From positions 1 through 21,031 of the forward strand of contig JANLOX010000202.1 of NCBI GenBank assembly GCA_031366795.1: a stretch of 21,031 nucleotides of DNA, in the 5' to 3' direction. Made by a program: the position numbers and the translations under genes. Shown here piece after piece: positions 6,753 to 15,595 of the stretch (position 1 is the first letter of the stretch; the number at the start of each line of letters is the position of its first letter). The stretch is from Candidatus Eiseniibacteriota bacterium (GTDB lineage Bacteria > Eisenbacteria > RBG-16-71-46). The notes under the pieces are model-generated. The model saw only the letters and a list, made by a program, of their open reading frames with translations. It was not told where the DNA came from and made no database searches.

Positions 6753-8984
6753 ATGAGCGAACCGAATTCAGCTCCCGTCCAGGTGGGCGACCTCACGCGC
6801 ATGTTCGCGCGGCGCAAGGTGCTCCTGCTTACCCCGTGGCTGATCGCGGCGGGGCTCGGCGTGGCGGCCGCCATGCTGTTGCCTCCGGTCTACTCGAGCA
6901 ATGTCACCATGCTGCTCGAACGTCCGCAGTCGATGGGTGGCTCGCTGGGCGGTATGATCAGCGCGTTCGATCCGGAGCGGCAGGTCGGGGTGATGCGCGA
7001 CCAGGTGTCGAGCACCACCTTCCTGCGCGACGTCGTGACGGCGACGGGTCTGAAGTCGGATGCCGCCGTTCGGGCCGAGGCGCTGCGCAACAGCGATCAC
7101 ACCACTGGCGAGGGGGCGGACGCGCAGGTCGAGGCTTACCTGATCGACAAGCTGCAGAACGCCATCTTGATCAAGCGCGCCAAGGGCGGCACCACCTTCC
7201 AGATCAGCGTGGAAGAGCGCCATCCCGACCGCGCGCGCCGCCTCGCTGAAGCGGTGGCGAACCAGTTCATCATCCAGTCCAAGTCCGCGCAGCTGGAGGC
7301 CGTCCGCCGCACGCAGGAGTTCAGCGTCGAGCAGGAAGGCATCTACAAGCGCAAGCTCGATGAGAGCGAAGCCAAACTCGAGGGCTATCGCCGCAGCATG
7401 ATGGGCAGCTCGATGGCACAGGACCCGATCAGCTTGCCGCAAGCGCGCATCCTGCTTGAAGAGGCCGACCTGGGCATCGCCGAGCAGCGCCAGCGGCTCA
7501 CCAGTCTGCAAACGCAGTACGCCGACGTGCTCAAGACCTACGACCCGGCGCTGTTGTCGAGCCCTGAGACCAACCTGATGGCCGCTCAGGTCAAGGGACT
7601 CGAGCGCCAGCTCGCCTCCTCGTTGCTGCTGAGCACCACCGGCGTGGACAATGGCAGCAACTCGCGCGCGACGAGCGCGCGCAAGATGTCCGAACTCGAA
7701 GTGCAGTTCACGCAGAATGCCTCGACGGCGTTTCCTCAGGCGTCGCCGGAGGCGCGCGACGCGCTGGTGCGTGTGCGGCTGGCCGAGCTCGACGTGCAGG
7801 CGCGCGAAGCGCGACGCGCCTACATCGCAGGCCAGGTCGGCAGCAGCGAACAGCACACCTTGATGGTGCCCGAGACCGAATCGCAGTTGCAGGTCCTGCA
7901 GCAGGACGTCGACAACGCACGGGCGTTGTACAACTCATTCCTGACGCAGTCGGCCTCGGCGCAGATTACCGAGGCGTTCGAGAACGCGCGCGTCAGCGGC
8001 CGCTTCTCGGTGCTCGAGCCGGCCAACCTGCCGCTGAAGCCGGACAAGCCGAACAAGATCGTGCTGATCCTGCTCGGAGTGATCCTGGGCGGCGCGGTGG
8101 GCATCGGTTCGGTGTTCCTCGTCGAGCGCCACGATCAATCGATGCGCAACGCCGAAGAGGTCGAGTTGCTGCTCGGGCTGCCCGTGCTGGGCGCGATTCC
8201 GCGCGTCGAGGAACTCGATCGCCGCCGTCAGCGCCGCAGCCGCGCGCGCGGCGGAGCGGGTCCCGAAGTTACGCGTGATCCCGGACTGCTGCACCGCTTG
8301 AAGACCGAGTCGCCGCTCGGGCTCGAGTTCCGCCGCATCTATCTCAAGATCTCGCAGTCGCGCAGCCATCCGATGCCCCGCACGATTCTCGTCACGAGTT
8401 CAACGCGCGGCGAGGGCAAGACGACAACGTCGGCCTGTCTCGCCATCACGCTCGCGCGTGAGGTCGAGGAGCGCGTGTTGCTGGTCGACTTTGACCTGCG
8501 CAGCCCGGCGCTGCATCGCGCGCTGGGGATCCCGAGCAACAGTTGGGGCCTCGCGCAGATGCTGGCGCAGCGCAACTTCGACGAGCGCTTCGTGCGCTCG
8601 ACCGTGCTGCCAAACCTGGACTTCCTGGGCGCCGGCAAGAGCGAGCGCCCCGCTTCCGAACTGGTCGATGCCGAATCGGTCGAGTGGTTCATCAAGGAGG
8701 CGCGTTCGCGCTATGCGATCGTGCTGTTGGACACGGCCCCCACGCTGGCCGTGCCAGATCCATTGATCATTGGGCGCGCGGTCGAAGGCGTGTTCTATGT
8801 GGTCAAGGCGGGGCAGACGGTGCGCAAAGCCGCCGAGTACGGCGTGAAGGTCCAGCGCGAAGCGAAGGACAACCTGGTCGGCGTGCTGCTCAACGACGCG
8901 GGTGAGATCCTGCCGCACTATTACGGCTACCACGACGCCTACGGATACGCGTCCGAGGCCATCGCGGGAGAGCCGCAGGCTTAA
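6753..8984 (+). CDS. wzc: Wzc/GumC-type polysaccharide co-polymerase with BY-kinase domain
   Basis: TM1 followed by PPVYSS, coiled-coil periplasmic region, EPANLPLKPDKP plus TM2. Walker A VTSSTRGEGKTT, A' LLVDFDLRSP, Walker B VLLDTAP, C-terminal Tyr cluster HYYGYHDAYGY. Confidence 0.93.
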   Translation: MSEPNSAPVQVGDLTRMFARRKVLLLTPWLIAAGLGVAAAMLLPPVYSSNVTMLLERPQSMGGSLGGMISAFDPERQVGVMRDQVSSTTFLRDVVTATGLKSDAAVRAEALRNSDHTTGEGADAQVEAYLIDKLQNAILIKRAKGGTTFQISVEERHPDRARRLAEAVANQFIIQSKSAQLEAVRRTQEFSVEQEGIYKRKLDESEAKLEGYRRSMMGSSMAQDPISLPQARILLEEADLGIAEQRQRLTSLQTQYADVLKTYDPALLSSPETNLMAAQVKGLERQLASSLLLSTTGVDNGSNSRATSARKMSELEVQFTQNASTAFPQASPEARDALVRVRLAELDVQAREARRAYIAGQVGSSEQHTLMVPETESQLQVLQQDVDNARALYNSFLTQSASAQITEAFENARVSGRFSVLEPANLPLKPDKPNKIVLILLGVILGGAVGIGSVFLVERHDQSMRNAEEVELLLGLPVLGAIPRVEELDRRRQRRSRARGGAGPEVTRDPGLLHRLKTESPLGLEFRRIYLKISQSRSHPMPRTILVTSSTRGEGKTTTSACLAITLAREVEERVLLVDFDLRSPALHRALGIPSNSWGLAQMLAQRNFDERFVRSTVLPNLDFLGAGKSERPASELVDAESVEWFIKEARSRYAIVLLDTAPTLAVPDPLIIGRAVEGVFYVVKAGQTVRKAAEYGVKVQREAKDNLVGVLLNDAGEILPHYYGYHDAYGYASEAIAGEPQA

Positions 8985-8998
8985 ATGCGGGAGGTGTT

Positions 8999-10024
8999 GT
9001 GACATCCAGCGCCCCCGCCGATGTGGCCGTGGTGATTCCCGCGCGCAATGGACTGCCTGATGTGCTCGATGCGGTCGCCTCGGCGCTCGCGCAGGTTCCG
9101 CCGCCCGCGGAGGTCATCGTCGTCGATGACGCCTCGACCGATGGCACCGGCGAGGCCGTGCGCGCGCGCTTCGGTTCGCAGGTGCGTATCGTCAGCGGCC
9201 GCTTCGATGGCGCTGCCGCGGCACGCAATGCCGGCTGGCGGGCCGCCACGGCGCGTTGGATCGCCCTGCTCGACGCTGACGATCTTTGGTTCGAGGGTAA
9301 ACTGGCGAGCGCGATGGAGTTGCTGGGGCAGCACCCGCAGGCCGCGTGGTTCTTCAGCGACGGCCGCTTCCGCACCGTCGATGGGGTATGGCACGACTCG
9401 TGGTTCGCGCTGTATGCGGACCTGCCCGAGGGCTACTTCGGTCAGCCCACGCCCGAGCTGTTCACAGTGAACTTCGTGCTGACGTCCTCAGTGGTGATTC
9501 GCCGCGATGCGCTCGAGACGGCAGGCGGCTTCAACGAATCGATGAGCCACGCCGAGGATCTCGACCTGTGGATCCGGCTCGCGCGCCGCTGGCCCGCAGT
9601 GGCGAGTGCCAGGCCTCTGGTGCGCTACCAACATCTACAGAGCGGTCTCACGCGCAAGGTGGAAGCGCGCCTGGGCGGTAATGCACAGTTGTTCGCCCGG
9701 CTCGCCGCCGATCCAACGCTCGCGCCCGATTTGCGCCGCCGCGCGCGCAGTCGCGCCTCGCTGTCGGCGCTCAAGCTCGGATGGGCAGCCCTGCGCGAGG
9801 GCCGAACCGCTGATGCGCGGCGCTCGCTGGTGCAGGCGTGGCTGTTCCCCGAGCGCGCGGTGCCGGTCGCCATGGCGTTGAGCCTGAGCCTGCTGCCGCG
9901 GCCGCTGTTCGAGGCGCTCAAGCGGCAGAGCTGGGCCAAGGGCAACGTCGCCGCCCCGATGCTCGCCGTCCAGCGCGTGGTGCTCCATGCGGGCGATGCC
10001 GCCGCCGCGAAAGGAGCGCAATGA
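8999..10024 (+). CDS. GT2 (GT-A) glycosyltransferase
   Basis: VVIPARN, EVIVVDDASTDGT, AARNAG, ALLDADD (DxD), GGFNE...EDLDLWIR. GGGAGG RBS precedes the GTG start. Confidence 0.93.
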   Translation: MTSSAPADVAVVIPARNGLPDVLDAVASALAQVPPPAEVIVVDDASTDGTGEAVRARFGSQVRIVSGRFDGAAAARNAGWRAATARWIALLDADDLWFEGKLASAMELLGQHPQAAWFFSDGRFRTVDGVWHDSWFALYADLPEGYFGQPTPELFTVNFVLTSSVVIRRDALETAGGFNESMSHAEDLDLWIRLARRWPAVASARPLVRYQHLQSGLTRKVEARLGGNAQLFARLAADPTLAPDLRRRARSRASLSALKLGWAALREGRTADARRSLVQAWLFPERAVPVAMALSLSLLPRPLFEALKRQSWAKGNVAAPMLAVQRVVLHAGDAAAAKGAQ

Positions 10025-11523
10025 CTCCCGCGCCGCGCCCGCTCACCAACGATGAACTGCGCGAGGTGCGCGACTCCTCGCGCAAGCACGCGCGCTCGCT
10101 GTCGGGCATCGGCATCGCGCTGTTTGGCGCGGCCATGGTGGCGGTGACGATGGTCGGCGTGGTCGTGCTCGACTACCGCTTCCACCAGCCGTTCCATCGC
10201 GTCGCCAAGCTGCTGGGCGCGGGCGCCCTCGGACTTGGCGTGGTGTTGATGCCGTGGAGTGGCATCATCGCGTTTCCCGTGGTCATCCCCTACCTGCCAT
10301 GGATCCCGCCGATCCCGCTGCCGGGCATGAATGCGCTCAACCTGCTGCTGGGTTCGGTGTTTTGTTCGTGGGCGATCACTCGCGTGATGCGCGGGCAGCA
10401 GATCTTTCGTTCGAGCCGCATGGGCGGAGCGCTCGGGCTGTTTTTAGCGCTCATCGTACTCGGCGTGCTGCGTGGCGCCGCCGTGCCGGTCGGTGTCTAC
10501 GATATCTACCCGGCGATCGTCGGCGCCGTGCGCGCGGTGACCTCGATTCTCGTGTTCTATGTCGCGCTGTGCATGGTGCGCGGCGAGCACGCCCGCAAGC
10601 AGATGATGATCGCAATCATCATCGGCCTCGCCGCCGAGTCCGTAACCACGATGATGATGGGACGCACGGGGAAGGGCATGCGCGCCGTCGGCTCGATCGG
10701 GCAATCCAACGAACTCGGCACCTTTTTCGCCATGTACGGCGTGGTGGCGGCGGCGATGATTCCCGCGGCGCGGAACTGGTTCGTCAAGGTGTTGCTGGTC
10801 GTGGTGGTGGCCGCGGCGGGGTTCGGTGTGATCCTGTCGCTGTCGCGCGCGGCGATGATGGCGGTCGCTGCGGGATTGTTCTATGTGGGCTTGCGCAGTT
10901 CGAAGCTGCTGACCGTGATGCTGGTGCTCACACTGGTCACCAGCCCGTTCTGGGCGCCCGACTACTTGAAGGACCGCATCAACGAGACCTCGGTCGCGAG
11001 TGAAGACGACGACCAGGTGACCCTCGACAACGCCTCGCAGATGCGCGTCTCGACGTGGCAGGCGCTGTTCAAGGTGATCGGGGAGCATCCGTTTGATGGG
11101 GTGGGATTCAACGCCCTGCCGTCGGTCTTGCCCGAGAGCGGCGCCGCCCTGGGCGTCGATGTGATGGACACCTCACACAACACCTTCCTGCGCATGCTGG
11201 GGGAATTGGGCATCCTCGGGCTGGCGATGTTCGTGTGGGTGCTGTGGAAGTGCTGGGCGCTGGCGACGGCCACGCTGCGCGCCGCGCGTTCGCGTTTCGA
11301 CCGCCAGCTGGCCGTAGGTCTGGGTGCCGCGACGATCGCGCTGGCGATCAGTTGCGCCTTCGGCGACCGCTTCCTCAACATCATGATCTCGGGCAGCTTC
11401 TGGATCCTGTGCGCGCTGGCGGAGGACGTATTGCATGAAGAACCCGCGGCCGTCGCGGCCACGAAGGCGGCCTCGCCGCCGGGAATGCCGCCGGTGAACG
11501 GGCAGCCGCAGGGGGCCGCGTGA
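10021..11523 (+). CDS. O-antigen ligase / Wzy polymerase family membrane protein
   Basis: Many TM segments. Motifs GQSNELG, SLSRAA, R-x-x-x-W (MRVSTW), HPFDGVG, SHNTFLRMLGELGILG. AAGGAG RBS and ATGA overlap at 10021. Confidence 0.88.
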   Translation: MTPAPRPLTNDELREVRDSSRKHARSLSGIGIALFGAAMVAVTMVGVVVLDYRFHQPFHRVAKLLGAGALGLGVVLMPWSGIIAFPVVIPYLPWIPPIPLPGMNALNLLLGSVFCSWAITRVMRGQQIFRSSRMGGALGLFLALIVLGVLRGAAVPVGVYDIYPAIVGAVRAVTSILVFYVALCMVRGEHARKQMMIAIIIGLAAESVTTMMMGRTGKGMRAVGSIGQSNELGTFFAMYGVVAAAMIPAARNWFVKVLLVVVVAAAGFGVILSLSRAAMMAVAAGLFYVGLRSSKLLTVMLVLTLVTSPFWAPDYLKDRINETSVASEDDDQVTLDNASQMRVSTWQALFKVIGEHPFDGVGFNALPSVLPESGAALGVDVMDTSHNTFLRMLGELGILGLAMFVWVLWKCWALATATLRAARSRFDRQLAVGLGAATIALAISCAFGDRFLNIMISGSFWILCALAEDVLHEEPAAVAATKAASPPGMPPVNGQPQGAA

Positions 11524-12539
11524 ACGGCCGCGCCGTACGCTGGATGCTGAGCCTGATGCGACCGCCGCGGACCACGCGCGGCGCGAGCGGACCACGGCTC
11601 ACGATCATCCGCCACCACCGCATCTACGCCGACAACGAGCATCCGCTCTACCGGCTCGGCATCAGCGAGAGCGTGTTCACCGCGCAGCTCGAAGTGCTGC
11701 GCCGCGAGGGCCTGACGCCGCTCACGGTCGCCGAGGGCCTCGCGCGCCTCACGCAGGGACAGCCTGGCCAGTGGGTCGCGATGTCGTTCGACGATGGTTA
11801 TGCGGACAACGTATGGCGCGCCTCCCCGCGCCTTCAGGCGGTGGGCGGCAAGGGGACGTTCTACCTCACCGCCGGGCTGATGGAAGAGCGGCGCGCGCCG
11901 TGGTGGGACGAAGTGGGGAACGTGCTCGAGCAGACGTGTGAACAACGCCTGGATCTCGATCTCGGCGAGGGTCCGCTCGATTTGCCGCTGCGCAGCGTCG
12001 AGGAGCGTCGCGTAGCACTTGGCGTGCTGACCGCGCAACTGCGAGTGCCACCGGCGGAGCGTGATCACCGGTTGGCGCAATTGCGCATGCGTCTCGGCGT
12101 GCCGCTGCCCGCCGAGTGCGAGCTGGCGGAATGGGAAGCGGCGCAAACGTTGGTGCGCGCGGGCATGGAAATCGGCGCGCACACCATGACGCATCCGCAC
12201 CTGACGACGGTGCCTGCAGAGACGCAGGCGCGTGAGATCGGGGATTCGGTGGAGCTGATCGAACAACGGCTGGGCGTGCGGCCCACGGGCTTCGCCTACC
12301 CGGGCGGTGACTACAATGAGCTGACCCTCGAGGTGATGCGGCGTTCGGGACTCGCGTATGCGGTCACGACGCGGGCGGGCGTGAACCTCACGGCCACGAC
12401 GCCGTTCGAACTGCTGCGCCGCGGCCTGTCCGAAGGCGCATGCCTCGGTCCCGCGGGACGGTTGTCGCGCCGCCTCACGTTGGCCGAGATCGATGGCGCC
12501 TTCGATCGCCTGCGCGCTCCCAAGGAGGCTGCCTCATGA
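11520..12539 (+). CDS. Polysaccharide deacetylase (CE4/NodB) with helical insertion
   Basis: HHRI, SFDDGYADN, EIGAHTMTHPHL, FAYPGG, AVTT. GTGA overlap with the upstream gene. Confidence 0.92.
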   Translation: MNGRAVRWMLSLMRPPRTTRGASGPRLTIIRHHRIYADNEHPLYRLGISESVFTAQLEVLRREGLTPLTVAEGLARLTQGQPGQWVAMSFDDGYADNVWRASPRLQAVGGKGTFYLTAGLMEERRAPWWDEVGNVLEQTCEQRLDLDLGEGPLDLPLRSVEERRVALGVLTAQLRVPPAERDHRLAQLRMRLGVPLPAECELAEWEAAQTLVRAGMEIGAHTMTHPHLTTVPAETQAREIGDSVELIEQRLGVRPTGFAYPGGDYNELTLEVMRRSGLAYAVTTRAGVNLTATTPFELLRRGLSEGACLGPAGRLSRRLTLAEIDGAFDRLRAPKEAAS

Positions 12540-13678
12540 GTGTTCGCCTCAACCCGGGCGAGCGCATCCGCGTGTTGTTCGTCGCCGGTAATTTCGTGGC
12601 GGGCGGAGCCGAGCGGCACCTGCTCGAGATGTGGCGGCGGCTCGACCGCACGCGCTTCGAAGTGGAGATCGCCTGTTTCCGCCGCGAGGGGCAATTCCTC
12701 TGCGAGGTCGAAGCGCTGGGATTGCCGATCCTCGATCTTCAGGTAGGCCGCAGGATCTATGATCCGAGCGGTTTACGCGGTTTCATTCGCCTGCTCTCGA
12801 AGGTGCAGTCGTTCCGTCCGCACGTGATTCATGGCTACCTGTTCGGGCCCAATTTGTTCGCCGCGATGGCGGGCAGGCTGGCGGGAGTGCCGGCGGTGGT
12901 GGTCGCCAAGCGAAACGTCGACGCCTTCGAAACGCCTCGCCAGGTGGCGATGGAACGGCTGGCGCACCAACTCGCCACGCACGTCACCGCGGTCAGCGCG
13001 GCGGTAGGCGAGACGGTCGTCGAACTCGGGGTGCCGCGCGAACGCGTCACGGTGATCGAGAACGGCGTGGACGCCGCGCGCTTCGATGGCATCGTCGGCG
13101 ATCGCGCAGCACTCACCGCCAATGGGGGGCCGGTCATCGGCAGCGTCGGCTGCCTCGCCGCGCGCAAGGACTACGGCACACTGCTCAGCGCACTCGCCGA
13201 GCTCAAGCGGCGTGGTCGCGACTTCAACGCCGCGCTTGTGGGCGATGGCCCCGACCGCGCCATGCTCGAGGCGCGCACGCAGGAGCTGGCGCTCGGATCG
13301 CAGGTCCGCTTCCTCGGCGAGCGGCCCGATGTCGAGCAGTTGCTCAAGGCGATGGACGTGTTCGTGTTGTCCTCGCGCGAGGAAGGCATTCCCAATGCGC
13401 TGCTCGAGGCGATGGCCGCCGGCCGCCCTTCGGTCGTCACGGATGTCGGCGGCAACAAGGAAGTATTGACCGATGGCGACACGGGTTGGCTCGTGCCCTC
13501 GCAATCACCGCTGGCACTGGCGGACGCGCTCGATGCCGCGCTGTCGCACCCCGCTGAGGCGCGGCGTCGTGGCGATCGCGCCCGTCACGTGACGCTCGAG
13601 CAGCGCAGCATCGACGCGATGGTGCGCCGCCACGAGGCGTTCTATGTGCGCGCCGCCAACGTCGAGTCCGGGCGATGA
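12536..13678 (+). CDS. GT4 (GT-B) glycosyltransferase
   Basis: GGAERH, RPHVIH, VIENGVD, VGCLAARKD, DVFVLSSREEGIPNALLEAMAAG (EX7E), TDVGG. AAGGAGG RBS and ATGA overlap at 12536. Confidence 0.94.
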   Translation: MSVRLNPGERIRVLFVAGNFVAGGAERHLLEMWRRLDRTRFEVEIACFRREGQFLCEVEALGLPILDLQVGRRIYDPSGLRGFIRLLSKVQSFRPHVIHGYLFGPNLFAAMAGRLAGVPAVVVAKRNVDAFETPRQVAMERLAHQLATHVTAVSAAVGETVVELGVPRERVTVIENGVDAARFDGIVGDRAALTANGGPVIGSVGCLAARKDYGTLLSALAELKRRGRDFNAALVGDGPDRAMLEARTQELALGSQVRFLGERPDVEQLLKAMDVFVLSSREEGIPNALLEAMAAGRPSVVTDVGGNKEVLTDGDTGWLVPSQSPLALADALDAALSHPAEARRRGDRARHVTLEQRSIDAMVRRHEAFYVRAANVESGR

Positions 13679-14727
13679 GTTCGCAACCGCGCCCTGCCGC
13701 AGGCTCGCCGCCGGTGCGAGCGGGCAGTCAGGATGCGGTGGTGTCCTCTGCCCTCAACTGGGCGGACATGCGCGGGGGCCGCCGGATCGACATGGCGCTG
13801 TTGATGGGCCCTCGCCCCGACGTGGTGTTCGCCGATGCGCCCCACGTGAAGATGGCGGAACGCCTCGCGGCATGGCATGGCGCCCCACTGCTCGTCGACC
13901 TTCGCGGCGTCGAGATTCCCGGTAGCGTTCCCGCCCTATGGCTTGGCGCCACGCGTTTGATCGTCACCGAGCCGGTTCAGCCTGCCGCGTGTGTCGCCGC
14001 CGGCATTGACGCCGGCAGGCTGCTGCAGATCATCCCCGGAAGTCCCGCCGCCGACCCGGCGCGAGGGCCCATCAACGAAGTGGGTTCGCTCACCGACGCG
14101 CTTGCTGAAGCGAAGCGGTTGGCCTACGGGCGCGACATCGCGCACCAACCCACCGGAAGCTATCGTCTGCTCAAGCGCGGCCTCGATCTCGCCGTGGGCT
14201 GGGGGTTGCTCGTCGTGCTGGCGATTCCGCTGGGACTGGTGGCGATCCTGATCCGTCTCGATTCCCCGGGGTCCGCGCTATTCCGCCAGCGCCGCATCGG
14301 GCGAGGCACTTCGGAATTCACCATCATGAAGTTCCGCACCATGCGCACCGGAACGCCGGACCTGGCATCGCACCTCGTGGGTCCCGGATCGAGCCGAGTC
14401 ACGCGCCTGGGCAAGCTGCTTCGCCGCACGAGCATCGATGAGCTGCCGCAGCTGTGGCACCTGGTCAATGGCGAGATGACGCTCGTGGGGCCGCGCCCCG
14501 CGCTGCACAACCAGTACGACCTGATCGGCATGCGGCAGGCCGTGGGGGTCGACGCGCTCAAACCGGGAGTGACGGGTTGGGCGCAGGTTAATGGCCGCGA
14601 CGACATCCCGCTCGAGCGCAAGGTCGAGTACGATCGTCATTACCTTGAGCACGCATCGTTCGCTCGGGACATCGCTATCATCGTGCGGACCGTGCTCGTG
14701 CTGTTCTCGGACCGCGGCACGTACTGA
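13675..14727 (+). CDS. Priming phosphoglycosyl transferase (CapM-like) with ~160-aa N-terminal extension
   Basis: From 14161: KRGLD, FRQRRIG, KFRTM, TPDLASHL, RRTSIDELPQL (intact Asp-Glu dyad at 14437-14442), VGPRPALHNQYDL, PGVTGWAQVNGRDDI. As recalled, these motifs fit the S. aureus CapM subgroup. Confidence 0.92.
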   Translation: MSSQPRPAAGSPPVRAGSQDAVVSSALNWADMRGGRRIDMALLMGPRPDVVFADAPHVKMAERLAAWHGAPLLVDLRGVEIPGSVPALWLGATRLIVTEPVQPAACVAAGIDAGRLLQIIPGSPAADPARGPINEVGSLTDALAEAKRLAYGRDIAHQPTGSYRLLKRGLDLAVGWGLLVVLAIPLGLVAILIRLDSPGSALFRQRRIGRGTSEFTIMKFRTMRTGTPDLASHLVGPGSSRVTRLGKLLRRTSIDELPQLWHLVNGEMTLVGPRPALHNQYDLIGMRQAVGVDALKPGVTGWAQVNGRDDIPLERKVEYDRHYLEHASFARDIAIIVRTVLVLFSDRGTY

Positions 14728-14761
14728 GCGGCACGCACATCATGCCGGAGGCGGTGATCTA

Positions 14762-15595
14762 ATGGAAGCGCTCGAGCAGCTCGCGCTCACCGGTCAGGTC
14801 TCGTTCCGTGCCGTGCTCTCGGCATTCGCGCGCCCGCTCAGCTGGGTGGTGCTCGCCGGGTTCGTGGTCCCCGCGGCGATGGCGGTGGCGCTGGTCAACT
14901 TCGCGCACCCTGCATTATCGCCGCTGATGTTGCCGGTCGTGAAGGCATTGGGGGGCGAGGCCGCCCTGCACTACCCTGGCGTGCTCGCCATGCTGCCGGT
15001 GCTGCTCGAGCGGTTCGGGCGGCTAACGAATATGTTTACCCTGACGCTGCTGCTGGGTTGGGCCGGGACCGTGACCGCGTCTGGCTCGCGCGGAATCTCC
15101 GCGGCACCCGCATTGGGGACCACACTGCAGCGCTCGTTGCGGCTGCTGCTGCTCGGCGGTCCCATCGTGCTGTTGCACACGATGGCGGCGAGGATGAGCG
15201 CTGCCGCACTCGCCGACTTGGGGCACCAGCTGATCAGCGCTGTGGCGCACTTGATGGCCGCCTTTGCGCTCGAGGCCGCGGTGCTGGGCTTGGGCATGCT
15301 CGTGCTGCCCGTGTTCGTGCGCGACGACTTGCCGCTGCGGCTAGTGTGGGAGGCCTGCCAGCGGGCACTTCACTGGAGCACCGTGGCGGCGATGGGGTTC
15401 GGGTTCGTGATGGCGGGTTTTGCCCTGGCGAGCCGCATCGTGCTGTTGCGCGCCCACCAGTTCGTCATCACGCGGTACCCGGACGGTGCCCTGCTCGTGG
15501 TGTTCGCCGCCGCGGCGGTGACGGCGATCGGCATCGCGGTGTTTGCTGCGGCCAGTGTGGTGCTCGCGGCGGCCTTGGACGAGGGGTGGGAGTGA
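14762..15595 (+). CDS. Hypothetical polytopic membrane protein (~277 aa)
   Basis: GGAGG RBS before ATG 14762. About 6-7 hydrophobic segments. Fills the gap in the operon and its stop overlaps the next start (GTGA). No family motif recognised. Confidence 0.75.
   Translation: MEALEQLALTGQVSFRAVLSAFARPLSWVVLAGFVVPAAMAVALVNFAHPALSPLMLPVVKALGGEAALHYPGVLAMLPVLLERFGRLTNMFTLTLLLGWAGTVTASGSRGISAAPALGTTLQRSLRLLLLGGPIVLLHTMAARMSAAALADLGHQLISAVAHLMAAFALEAAVLGLGMLVLPVFVRDDLPLRLVWEACQRALHWSTVAAMGFGFVMAGFALASRIVLLRAHQFVITRYPDGALLVVFAAAAVTAIGIAVFAAASVVLAAALDEGWE

Noticed and set aside
14762..15595. Membrane protein as exosortase or Wzx flippase
   Set aside because: No Cys-Arg-His exosortase motifs in the expected context; too few TM segments for Wzx.
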